Part shown: positions 32,684 through 41,367 of the stretch, in pieces | Layout of the letters: every line of letters starts with the position of its first letter | Numbering within the stretch: the stretch's first letter is position 1 | Source: an uncultured delta proteobacterium | Lineage (GTDB): Bacteria > Desulfobacterota > Syntrophia > Syntrophales > UBA5619 | Length of the DNA: 64,000 nucleotides | Direction: 5' to 3' | Assembly: GCA_963817385.1 (NCBI GenBank) | Contig: CAWFOM010000027.1 | Location: 1-64,000, forward strand | Notes under the pieces: model-generated | Told to the model about the DNA's origin: nothing | The model's database searches: none | What the model saw: only the letters and a program-made list of their open reading frames with translations | Translations under genes and position numbers: made by a program

Positions 32684-34144
32684 CTACATCACCCCGTATT
32701 TACGAAGCTTCTGGTGGAGGGTTCGGCGGGTGATGCCGAGACGGCGGGCGGCTTCGCTCTTGTTGCCGCCGGCGGCCTCCAGGGTTTGGAGGATCGTCTT
32801 GCGCTCGACTGCTTCGAGGGAGGGGGCTCCGCTGCCCGGCGCCGCTTGTTCAGCGGCTAACGGCATGCCGTCCAGGGCCGTCTCTCCGGCGGCTTCATAC
32901 GAACCCGGGGAGGCCTGTTCCACGGCAGCCGCGCTCCCGGCAGGCGGCGGCGGTGCGGTTCCTCCCTGCCCCGGCAGGATGAGCGAGAGCTCGGTTTCGT
33001 CGAGATACTCTCCGCGTGAGAGGACGACTCCCCGCTCCACGGCGTTCATCAGCTGCCGGACGTTCCCCGGCCAGGGGTGCCGGAGGAGCCGGTCCATCGC
33101 CTGAGGCGTGAATCCCTTGATCGTCTTGCGGTTCTTCTCGGCGAACCGGGCGAGAAACTCCTGAGCGAGCAGGGGGATGTCCTCCTGCCGCTCCCTCAGC
33201 GGCGGAACGGTGAGGGTGACGACGTTGAGACGGTAGTAAAGATCCTCCCGGAAACGGCCCGCCCCGATCTCCCTGAGGAGGTCCCGGTTCGTGGCGGCGA
33301 TGAGGCGGACGTCGATATGGATCACCTCTTCGCCGCCCACGCGGGTGAGCTCCCGCTCTTGGAGGACACGCAGGAGTTTGACCTGCATCCCGACCGACAT
33401 CTCGCTCACCTCGTCCAGGAAAAGGCTCCCCCCGTCGGCCTGGCGGAACTTCCCCTCTTTCCGCCGGTCGGCGCCGGTGAAGGCCCCCTTCTCGTGTCCG
33501 AATAGCTCGGACTCCAGCAGGGTCTCGGTGATCGCCGCGCAGTTGAACCTGATGAAGGGACCTTCCTTGCGGAGGCTGTTGTAGTGAATGAGCCCCGCGA
33601 TCATCTCTTTTCCCGTTCCCGATTCGCCGGTGATGAGGACCGTCGCCTCGGAGGGGGCAACCTGGGAGGCGGTCTCGATCAGGCGCGTCATGGTGGCTGA
33701 GCGCCCGATCAGGTTACGCCGATCAAACCGCTCGCCGAGGCTCGCCCTCAGAAGACGGTTCTCTTCCCTGAGATGGCTATGGTCCATCGCCCGCTCCAAC
33801 GTGAGACGGAGCTCGTCGAAATCCAGGGGCTTGGTAAGATAGTCATAGGCCCCCTTTTTCAGGGCCTCAACGGCCGTTTCCACGGAGGCGTAGGCGGTCA
33901 TGATGACGATGGGGATCGCCGGATTGAACGCCTTGATCTCGGCCAGAGCCGTAAGACCGGAGACCTTGATCATCCGGACGTCCATGAGGATCAGATCGAA
34001 GGGCTGACGGCGAACCGCGGAGATGGCGCTGCCGCCGTCATCGGCCTCCGTGATTGCGTAGCCCCATCCGGAGAGAAGCTTCCGGAGCATCGTCCTGTGG
34101 GCGGTATCATCGTCCGTTACAAGGATCGATTTTTTTTCCTTCAT
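32684..34144 (-). CDS. sigma-54-dependent response regulator (NtrC/ZraR-like)
   Basis: Receiver domain, Walker A GESGTGKE, GAFTGA motif and Fis-type HTH. Confidence 0.93.
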   Translation of the reverse strand: MKEKKSILVTDDDTAHRTMLRKLLSGWGYAITEADDGGSAISAVRRQPFDLILMDVRMIKVSGLTALAEIKAFNPAIPIVIMTAYASVETAVEALKKGAYDYLTKPLDFDELRLTLERAMDHSHLREENRLLRASLGERFDRRNLIGRSATMTRLIETASQVAPSEATVLITGESGTGKEMIAGLIHYNSLRKEGPFIRFNCAAITETLLESELFGHEKGAFTGADRRKEGKFRQADGGSLFLDEVSEMSVGMQVKLLRVLQERELTRVGGEEVIHIDVRLIAATNRDLLREIGAGRFREDLYYRLNVVTLTVPPLRERQEDIPLLAQEFLARFAEKNRKTIKGFTPQAMDRLLRHPWPGNVRQLMNAVERGVVLSRGEYLDETELSLILPGQGGTAPPPPAGSAAAVEQASPGSYEAAGETALDGMPLAAEQAAPGSGAPSLEAVERKTILQTLEAAGGNKSEAARRLGITRRTLHQKLRKYGVM

Positions 34145-35916
34145 GACGGGTCACCTTTTATCGTTTCTTCGGTAATCGGCGCGGGCAAGAGGAGCGTCGC
34201 CGTCGTCCCTCTTCCCGGTTCGCTTTCAAGGAGTATCTCTCCGCCGTGCGCTTCGACGATCTTCTGCACGATGGGAAGGCCGACGCCGGTCCCGGAGGGC
34301 TTCGTCGTGAAATAAGGGTCGAAGACCCGGGGGAGATCCTCCTTCCGGATGCCGGCGCCGGTGTCGGCGATTGCGATCCGGATCGTCCGGTCGTCGCGCC
34401 GTTTCAGGGAAACGCGGAGGAGTCCCCCCTGCTCCATTGCCGCAATGGCATTGAGGAAGAGGTTCAGCAACACCTGGCTTATCCGGTCGGCGTCGAGCGA
34501 GACCTCCCCGATCTCCGGCGGGAGTTCCGCTTCAATGATGATCCCCCGTTCCCGCGCCTGGCCCTCGACCATCTTGAGGGCATGGCGGATCACCGTCTGG
34601 ATCGAGGTCGGGAGACGATTCATCGGCATCGGCCGGGCAAATTCGAGGAGCTGGGTGATGACGCGGTTCAGCCGGTCCACCTCGTTGATCATCGTCTCCG
34701 CGGTCTCGCGGTCGTCGGGGTTGTCCTCATAGCGCTCCCGGAAATAGGTGGCGAACCCCTTGATCGAGCTGAGCGGATTCCGGATCTCATGGGCGACGCC
34801 GGCGGCCAGGCTTCCCAGGGAGGCAAGCCGCTGGCTCCGGATGATCTCCTGCTTGAGACGGCGCATCTCCGTCATATCCCTGAAGAGGATTACACGGCCG
34901 AGAAAGGCGCCGTCATCCTCATGAAGCGTCGTCGCGATCACCTCCATCGGGATCATCCGGCCTTCTGCAACGGTGCAGTCGATCTCCTGCTCCACGATCC
35001 GCCGGCCGTCGGCAAGCTGGCGGATGATCTCCCGGCAGCTCCCGGGGAGGACCTCTTCGGCCTGTTTTCCGAGGACATCGCCGGCTCTCCGGCCGAGGAT
35101 GGTCTCGGCGGTCTGATTGAAGGCGGTCAGTATCCCCTCCCCGTCCGTGGCAACCAGACCGATGGGCATGTTCTCCACAAGACTGTTGGAGAAGGCCCTG
35201 ATCCGCGAGAGCGAGCTCCGTGCGGTGCGGTATCCCTGCGCAAGGGAAAGCATGATGATACCGGAGGAGCCGATGAGGAAAAAGATGACGGCCATCCAGA
35301 TGATACGGCGTCTGTCTTCATTCTGCGCAGTGATAAGCGGTCCCATGTCCAGGCCGACGAAGATCACGAAACCCGGCCTCCGGGTCTCTGCATCTTGAGG
35401 CCCGGGCGGTGGTACGAGCAGCGGATTGTGAAATCCCGGGAAAGGGCCTCTGGTCGGTGCAAACCGCCGGTAGATTTCGAAGGTGTCGGCCTCCTCACTG
35501 TGCGAGACCTGCCTCCAGGCGAGCTTCTCCGAATGGGCGATCTTCTCCAGGTCGAGATCGGTACCATAGCTCAAGCCGATCCGCGCGGGGTCGCTGTCGG
35601 CCATGATCACCCCCCGTGCGTCCGTGACGATCAGATAATCGATGTCCGGCTGTTGGGCGGTCTCCATGAGGAGTTTCTGGAGCTGAAACCCGCCCCACCG
35701 CATACCGATTCCCGTCCGCGCGCCTGCCTCGAATGAGCGAATTAGCGCCTCCCCTTTTTCAATGAGGAGGCGCGAGGTCAGTTCTTTCTGGCGGTTGATG
35801 CTTTCCAGAGTCATAACAATGAACAACGGTACGAGGATCATGACAGAACCGATGATCATCCAAGGAGGGATCATCGCCCAGAGCCTCCGCTTTTTTCTCT
35901 TCTCTTGCCCAGCCAT
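34141..35916 (-). CDS. Sensor histidine kinase with PAS domain (ZraS-like)
   Basis: Two TMs, PAS domain, H-box AHEIRNPL, and N/G1/F/G2 boxes. Confidence 0.92.
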   Translation of the reverse strand: MAGQEKRKKRRLWAMIPPWMIIGSVMILVPLFIVMTLESINRQKELTSRLLIEKGEALIRSFEAGARTGIGMRWGGFQLQKLLMETAQQPDIDYLIVTDARGVIMADSDPARIGLSYGTDLDLEKIAHSEKLAWRQVSHSEEADTFEIYRRFAPTRGPFPGFHNPLLVPPPGPQDAETRRPGFVIFVGLDMGPLITAQNEDRRRIIWMAVIFFLIGSSGIIMLSLAQGYRTARSSLSRIRAFSNSLVENMPIGLVATDGEGILTAFNQTAETILGRRAGDVLGKQAEEVLPGSCREIIRQLADGRRIVEQEIDCTVAEGRMIPMEVIATTLHEDDGAFLGRVILFRDMTEMRRLKQEIIRSQRLASLGSLAAGVAHEIRNPLSSIKGFATYFRERYEDNPDDRETAETMINEVDRLNRVITQLLEFARPMPMNRLPTSIQTVIRHALKMVEGQARERGIIIEAELPPEIGEVSLDADRISQVLLNLFLNAIAAMEQGGLLRVSLKRRDDRTIRIAIADTGAGIRKEDLPRVFDPYFTTKPSGTGVGLPIVQKIVEAHGGEILLESEPGRGTTATLLLPAPITEETIKGDPS

Positions 35917-36003
35917 CGCGTTCCCGCTTTATCCGCTCCTGCTACCGGCGCCTTCTTTTCCCGCACAACCTCCGGTGCAGCCACTTACCGTCCGCCTTGA
36001 ATA

Positions 36004-36054
36004 TGGATACTTATTGACCAACTGGATACCATAGATGGATACTTATCATCCAGT
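36004..36054. promoter_or_regulatory. Upstream activator sequence (two TGGATA-N5-TATCCA-like palindromes plus a central half-site)
   Basis: Lies between the kinase gene and the zraP-like gene; 40/51 identical, ungapped, to 62360-62410. Confidence 0.75.
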
Positions 36055-36148
36055 TTTTCTTTGCGGAGAGGGGAAACGGAGCGGCAGCCTAGCCGTGATT
36101 TTAATAATAGTCTTATGATATCGACAAGCTATAATTTTATATGCATTC

Positions 36149-36164
36149 TGGCATGCCTGTTGCT
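36149..36164 (+). promoter_or_regulatory. sigma-54 promoter of the zraP/spy-like gene
   Basis: TGGCATGCCTGTTGCT. Confidence 0.85.
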
Positions 36165-36220
36165 CTAAGTGAAAACCAAAGAGAGAATGCTCTAATCAAG
36201 GAAAATATGAAGGAGAACAG

Positions 36221-36748
36221 ATGATGAAGAAAGCAACAAAAGTGACGATGACGGCGGTAGTGCTGCTCTTCGTGGCGACAATGGCAACCTCGGCCTTCGG
36301 TTTCGGCTGGGGGAGAGGTCCGGGGTGCGGCTACGGTCCGATGGGGAGGGGTGAGTTTGCGGGATTTGCAGGTGCAGAGCTGACCGCGGATCAGAAGGCC
36401 CAGCTCCAGGGAATGCGCGACGCCCAGTTCAAGGAGATCGCACATCTTCGGGAACAGATGTTCGCCAAACGGGATGAGGTAAGAAAACTCTGGCTGGAGG
36501 CAAATCCGGATCAAGGGAAGATTACGGAGGCCCAGAAGGAAATGCGGTCACTGCGGGATCAGTTGCAGGACAAGACGACGGCGTTCCGTCTGGATGAATT
36601 GAATGTCCTTACGCCCGAACAGCGGGAGAAGCTGAAATCTACTGCAGCCGGTCGAGGATTTGGACAGGGGCGCGGTTTCGGAGCGTCCAGCGGCGGTGGC
36701 TGCCCGGGCTGTTGTGGTCCGGGAGCCGGGGCAACAGGTAAACCATAA
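36221..36748 (+). CDS. Spy/CpxP/ZraP family periplasmic chaperone
   Basis: Signal peptide, Gly-rich ends, LTADQ and LTPEQ (LTxxQ) motifs; divergent from the two-component system. Confidence 0.88.
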   Translation: MMKKATKVTMTAVVLLFVATMATSAFGFGWGRGPGCGYGPMGRGEFAGFAGAELTADQKAQLQGMRDAQFKEIAHLREQMFAKRDEVRKLWLEANPDQGKITEAQKEMRSLRDQLQDKTTAFRLDELNVLTPEQREKLKSTAAGRGFGQGRGFGASSGGGCPGCCGPGAGATGKP

Positions 36749-36755
36749 CTACAAC

Positions 36756-36815
36756 AGGGGGGATCGTCCGGGAGGTTCAGGCACCCTCCTCCCCTTCCGG
36801 ATGATGCCCCCTTTT
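36756..36815 (+). terminator. Hairpin/terminator after the zraP-like gene
   Basis: GGGGGATCGTCCGG ... CCGGATGATGCCCCC followed by TTTT. Confidence 0.5.
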
Positions 36816-36932
36816 CCTCTTTCCCGCCACGTTTATCAAACATCACAAGAGTTTTTTCATCGATCGGCATCGCCGCGGGAAAATCTCCGCAGCAAGCTGG
36901 GCGAATCTTCGATCCGTTGACGCTGAAATTAC

Positions 36933-36973
36933 GCCAAAAAACATTTGACAGCTGGTATGATGAGTATTATGAA
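36933..36973 (+). promoter_or_regulatory. Promoter/operator, copy 1 (TTGACA; CTGGTATGATGAG)
   Basis: 38/41 identical to 40757-40797; both copies precede cupin genes. Confidence 0.7.
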
Positions 36974-37148
36974 TAAGCGCAAATTTACCGGCTGTGTGCG
37001 TGAAGGTATCAATGCAGCGATCGGGCTACCGCAGCGGTGACGGTAACGCTAACCGGCTGTGTCAGCTCCCGTGTCGGCGATGCCGGTGGGGGAGTATTTA
37101 TCGTTATGAACGTGTATTATTTCCCAAAAGCTGTTGGAGGGTATTAAG

Positions 37149-37547
37149 ATGCCAATTTATCACATTGCCGAAATGAAAAAAATCAATCCTGACGTGAATC
37201 CTGCCATGATTATGCAAACGGTAACGGGGGAATTCATGAAGGTGGGGATCGTCACGAAACCTGCGGGTGAAGGCCCCCCGCTTCACATGCATCCGAATGA
37301 AGAACAGTTTACCCTGATTTTGGAAGGGAAACTCCATATGATTCTGGGAGATCAAGACTGTATTGTGGAGCGCGGAGACCTTATCCATATTCCCCGATTC
37401 ACCCAGCATCGCAGCAGGGCCGTAGGCGGTCCGGCAGTTTTTTTTACGGTCAAATATCCGGCCGGCAGCGGAGACCTGAACCAGGATTACCATAAGGTGG
37501 CGAACGCTGAAGAGGCCGAAAAGAAATACCCTGGAAAGCAAGGGTGA
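37149..37547 (+). CDS. Cupin domain protein
   Basis: Cupin motifs HMHPNEEQ and GDLIHIPRFTQH; GGAGG RBS. Confidence 0.9.
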   Translation: MPIYHIAEMKKINPDVNPAMIMQTVTGEFMKVGIVTKPAGEGPPLHMHPNEEQFTLILEGKLHMILGDQDCIVERGDLIHIPRFTQHRSRAVGGPAVFFTVKYPAGSGDLNQDYHKVANAEEAEKKYPGKQG

Positions 37548-37589
37548 TCGGCTGGAAACAGGCGAAGAATGAAGTGAAAGGAGTGCCCG

Positions 37590-38042
37590 GTGAAACTGGA
37601 GTTACGCAACAACAAGGATTTCTGGGCCGGTCTGGTGTTCGCCGGGACCGGCGCCGCGGCGATGTTCATCGCCCAGCATTACCCGTTCGGCACTACGCTG
37701 CGCATGGGGCCCGGCTACTTTCCCCGCGTCCTAGGCGGGATTCTCGTTCTGTTTGGTCTCTACGTCATGGTCAGGGGGCTGCGCATCAATGAGAAGATCC
37801 AGGGCAACTGGTCCGTCCGTGCCCTGATCGTGCTGCCCCTCTCCATGGTTCTGTTCGGCATCCTGATGGAGTATTTTGGCTTCCTCCCGGCGCTGGTGAC
37901 TCTGGTCTTCGGATCGGCGGCCTCAAGCAGGGAGTTCAAGTTCAGCGAAGTTCTGCTGCTTACGCTACTGCTTACCGTTCTTTCCGTGGCGCTGTTCATC
38001 TGGGGTCTCGGACTGCCCTACCCCCTGGTCAAACTTTTCTGA
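37590..38042 (+). CDS. tctB: Tripartite tricarboxylate transporter TctB
   Basis: MGPGYFP motif, four TMs, C-terminal GLGLPYP. Confidence 0.88.
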   Translation: MKLELRNNKDFWAGLVFAGTGAAAMFIAQHYPFGTTLRMGPGYFPRVLGGILVLFGLYVMVRGLRINEKIQGNWSVRALIVLPLSMVLFGILMEYFGFLPALVTLVFGSAASSREFKFSEVLLLTLLLTVLSVALFIWGLGLPYPLVKLF

Positions 38043-38055
38043 CGAGGAGACCGTC

Positions 38056-39552
38056 ATGGAAATATTTCATAACCTGATCTTCGGGTTCACCGTCGCGCTC
38101 TCGGTGCAGAACCTGCTCTACTGCTTCATTGGCTGTCTGTTGGGCACCCTGATTGGCGTCCTGCCCGGGATCGGGCCACTCGCGACGATCGCGATGCTGA
38201 TGCCGCTCACCTTCAATGTTTCGCCGGTTGCGGCACTGATCATGATGGCCGGGATCTTCTACGGCGCACAGTACGGCGGCTCGACCACCGCCATCCTGGT
38301 CAACCTCCCCGGAGAAACCTCAGCGGTAGTCACCTGCATCGACGGCTACCAGATGGCACGACAGGGGCGCGCCGGCGCGGCGCTGGCGATTGCGGCCTAC
38401 GGTTCGTTCTTTGCCGGCACCGTGTGCACGCTCTTAATTGCGCTGTTCGGTCCGCCGATCGCCGAGATGGCGCTGAAGTTCAATTCACCCGAGTACTTCT
38501 CCCTGATGCTGATGGGCCTGATTGCCGCTGCGGTGCTCGCTCAGGGCGATATGATCAAGTCTCTCGCGATGGTGGCGATGGGCCTGCTGCTCGGCAGCGT
38601 GGGAACCGACGTCGATTCCGGGTGGGCGCGCTTCAGCTTCGACATCATCGAGTTGACGGACGGCATCGGTTTTGTGGTCGTCGCAGTGGGGGTGTTCGCG
38701 GTGGGTGAGATCGTGAGCAACCTCGGCGAAACGGAGGAGCGTGTGGTCTTTACCTCCAAGGTGGGGAGTCTCTTCCCCACCTTGCGTGACATCAAGCAGG
38801 CGATCGCCCCGATCATCAGAGGAACCGTGCTCGGGGCGTTCTTCGGCGTGCTTCCCGGCACCGGGCCGGCGATCGCCTCCTTCTCCTCTTACATGGTTGA
38901 GAAGAAGATGGCCAAAGATCCGTCGCGATTCGGACACGGTGCGATCGAGGGGGTGGCGGGACCCGAGGCCGCCAACAACGCGGATGCGCAGTGCAAATTC
39001 ATCCCGATGCTCACGCTGGGGATTCCTGCGAGCGGGGTGATGGCGCTAATGCTCGGCGCCCTTACGATCCACGGTATCGCGCCGGGACCTACGGTGATGA
39101 CCAAGAATCCCGACCTCTTCTGGGGGCTGATCGCGAGCATGTGGATCGGCAACCTCATGCTCGTCTTGCTCAACCTGCCGCTCATCGGCCTCTGGGTGAG
39201 CCTGCTCAAGGTGCCCTACCGCATGCTCTTTCCCGCCATCATGGTGTTCTCGTCCATCGGCATCTACAGCATAAACAACAGCTCGTTTGAGATCTACCTC
39301 ACTGCGATCTTCGGCCTCATCGGCTTTCTGTGGCTTAAGCTCGGATGCCCTCCGGCGCCGATGCTGCTCGGATTCGTGCTTGGTCCGATGATGGAAGAGA
39401 ACCTGCGACGAGCGATGCTGATCTCGCGAGGCGATCCCACGATTTTTATCACGCGGCCGATCAGTCTCGGTTTCATCATCGCCACGGTCGTGATCGTGAT
39501 TGTCATGGTAGTGCCGGCCATGCGCAAACGGCGGGGCCATATTACGGGCTGA
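38056..39552 (+). CDS. tctA: Tripartite tricarboxylate transporter TctA
   Basis: Motifs GVLPGIG, YGAQYGG, GPEAANNA and LTLGIP. Confidence 0.93.
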   Translation: MEIFHNLIFGFTVALSVQNLLYCFIGCLLGTLIGVLPGIGPLATIAMLMPLTFNVSPVAALIMMAGIFYGAQYGGSTTAILVNLPGETSAVVTCIDGYQMARQGRAGAALAIAAYGSFFAGTVCTLLIALFGPPIAEMALKFNSPEYFSLMLMGLIAAAVLAQGDMIKSLAMVAMGLLLGSVGTDVDSGWARFSFDIIELTDGIGFVVVAVGVFAVGEIVSNLGETEERVVFTSKVGSLFPTLRDIKQAIAPIIRGTVLGAFFGVLPGTGPAIASFSSYMVEKKMAKDPSRFGHGAIEGVAGPEAANNADAQCKFIPMLTLGIPASGVMALMLGALTIHGIAPGPTVMTKNPDLFWGLIASMWIGNLMLVLLNLPLIGLWVSLLKVPYRMLFPAIMVFSSIGIYSINNSSFEIYLTAIFGLIGFLWLKLGCPPAPMLLGFVLGPMMEENLRRAMLISRGDPTIFITRPISLGFIIATVVIVIVMVVPAMRKRRGHITG

Positions 39553-39598
39553 TGCCTTGACCATATCCCGCGAATAGGGTCTGTGAAGGAGCAAGGGT

Positions 39599-40654
39599 GT
39601 GTTGAAAATCGGAATCCTGCTCGGGGACGACATCGGACGGGAAGTTGTCCCCGAGTGCGTCAAGGTGATGAAGGCGGCAGCCGACAAAGCCGGTCTTGAT
39701 GTTGCGTGGGAGGAGTTGCCCATCGGACGCAGGGGGCATGAGCTGCATGGCCATACCTTGCCCGCGGTAACGGCGGAAGCGCTCGATAGGCTTGACGGCT
39801 GGGTGCTCGGGCCGATCGGCCACAGCGCTTACCCGCGCAACGATCCGACCTGGATCATGCCGCCGGTGCGCAAGCGCTTCGAACTCTTCGCCAGCATCAA
39901 GCCGGTAAAGTCATACCCAAACCTCCGGTCCGTGCACAAAGACGTGGATATCATATTCGTTCGGGAGGTGAATGAGGGGATGCAGTCATCCATCATCGCG
40001 GCGATGGGCGCGGGTGAGTTCCGGCCGAACGATGAAATCACGATCGGTACCCGCGTGATCACCCGCAAAGGAGCCAGCCGCGTCGCCCGCGAAGCCTTCG
40101 AGATCGCCCGCACGCGGCGCCGCAAAAAGGTGACCGCGGTGCACAAGGAGCCGGTCTTCAGGCTCGCCTGCGGTATGTTCGCCGAGGAATGCCGCAAGGT
40201 GGCGGCCGAGTTTCCGGAGGTGACCTTCGAGGAGGCGATGGTTGACACGGTCGCGATGAAGCTGGTGATGAACCCGCAACAATACGACGTGGTGGTCACC
40301 ACGAATATCTTCGGCGATATCCTTACCGACGAAGGGGCCGGTCTGGTTGGCGGGTTGGGGCTTGCGCCGGGCCTCTGTGCGGGCGAACGCCACGCCATGG
40401 CGCAGGCCACGCACGGCTCGGCGCCCGACATCGCGGGGAAGAATATCGCCAATCCGTATGCGATGATCATGTCGGGGAAAATGCTGTTCGAATGGCTCTC
40501 CCGCAAGCGCAAGGAACCAAAAGCGGCGGAGGCGGCCGAACGGATCGACCGGGCAATGGACCAGGTGATCGCGGAGGCGAAGGCGCTGACGGCGGATCTT
40601 GGCGGCAAGGCCGGCACCACGGAAATGGGCGACGCAATCGCGGCCGCGGTATAA
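39599..40654 (+). CDS. Isocitrate/isopropylmalate/tartrate dehydrogenase family protein (divergent active site)
   Basis: Motifs GDDIGREV, NIFGDILTD and [15 protein letters not shown]. Confidence 0.88.
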   Translation: MLKIGILLGDDIGREVVPECVKVMKAAADKAGLDVAWEELPIGRRGHELHGHTLPAVTAEALDRLDGWVLGPIGHSAYPRNDPTWIMPPVRKRFELFASIKPVKSYPNLRSVHKDVDIIFVREVNEGMQSSIIAAMGAGEFRPNDEITIGTRVITRKGASRVAREAFEIARTRRRKKVTAVHKEPVFRLACGMFAEECRKVAAEFPEVTFEEAMVDTVAMKLVMNPQQYDVVVTTNIFGDILTDEGAGLVGGLGLAPGLCAGERHAMAQATHGSAPDIAGKNIANPYAMIMSGKMLFEWLSRKRKEPKAAEAAERIDRAMDQVIAEAKALTADLGGKAGTTEMGDAIAAAV

Positions 40655-40770
40655 CAGCAGGTCGATGAACTCCGTGCCCGCACCCGGCAGGCGCGAGACG
40701 ATATACCGATTCCGGACGACACCTGGGAGGCCGTCTGCGACATGGTGGCGGAGACGGCCAAAAAGCGTTT
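40655..40770 (+). pseudogene. Possible C-terminal remnant of an Ldh_2 (malate/L-lactate/ureidoglycolate dehydrogenase) gene
   Basis: Start-less frame QVDELRARTRQARDDIPIPDDTWEAVC resembles the usual Ldh_2 C-terminus (...R..GIPI.D.TW..). Confidence 0.35.
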
Positions 40771-40797
40771 GACAGCTGGTCTGATGAGTATTATGAA
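40757..40797 (+). promoter_or_regulatory. Promoter/operator, copy 2 (TTGACA; CTGGTCTGATGAG)
   Basis: Near-identical to 36933-36973. Confidence 0.7.
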
Positions 40798-40920
40798 CGC
40801 TCAAAATCACTGCCGGGCATGTGGGAGGAGTAATAGACGCAGACCGATTTAATGAATGAACGGGTAATGAAAGCTTCCGGTCCTCTTCGCGGGGGATCGA
40901 GAAAAAAGGAGAGCGCACGC

Positions 40921-41328
40921 ATGAAATATTTTTACCGCCTTGACGAGGAAGAGTCGGTCAATGTGGGAGGCACCTACAGCACGGCGAAAGGTCCTCTCGT
41001 CCAGGGAGAACGCATTCAGGTCAGTCTGGTCCATAAGGCCGCAGGAACCGGTGCGAAACCGCATACGCATCCGAACGAGCAGTTCAATTACCTGCTTAAG
41101 GGGACGCTCAAGGCCATGGTCAACGGCGAGGAACAGCTGGTGACCGCCGGAACGCTCATTCATATTCCCGCAAACGCGGTGCATGCCACTGTTGCGACAA
41201 CCGATGAGGATGTTGTCTTTCTGGCGATGAAGGATATGTCATGGGGTATCGCCGGGACGGCCGTCGACAAGGATGATCCGGGGCCCTATTATGAACCGGG
41301 GTTTGGGCCGGAAAAAGCGGGTAAATAG
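40921..41328 (+). CDS. Cupin domain protein
   Basis: Cupin motifs HTHPNEQ and GTLIHIPANAVH; AGGAG RBS. Confidence 0.9.
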   Translation: MKYFYRLDEEESVNVGGTYSTAKGPLVQGERIQVSLVHKAAGTGAKPHTHPNEQFNYLLKGTLKAMVNGEEQLVTAGTLIHIPANAVHATVATTDEDVVFLAMKDMSWGIAGTAVDKDDPGPYYEPGFGPEKAGK

Positions 41329-41367
41329 CGGACGTTTTCGGTAGGGGATGCGGGGAGAGGGGGAATT

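Noticed and set aside
40652..40860. Stop-codon readthrough extending the 39599 dehydrogenase
   Set aside because: The stop is TAA at the normal family C-terminus; the downstream frame is better explained as a remnant and runs into a promoter.
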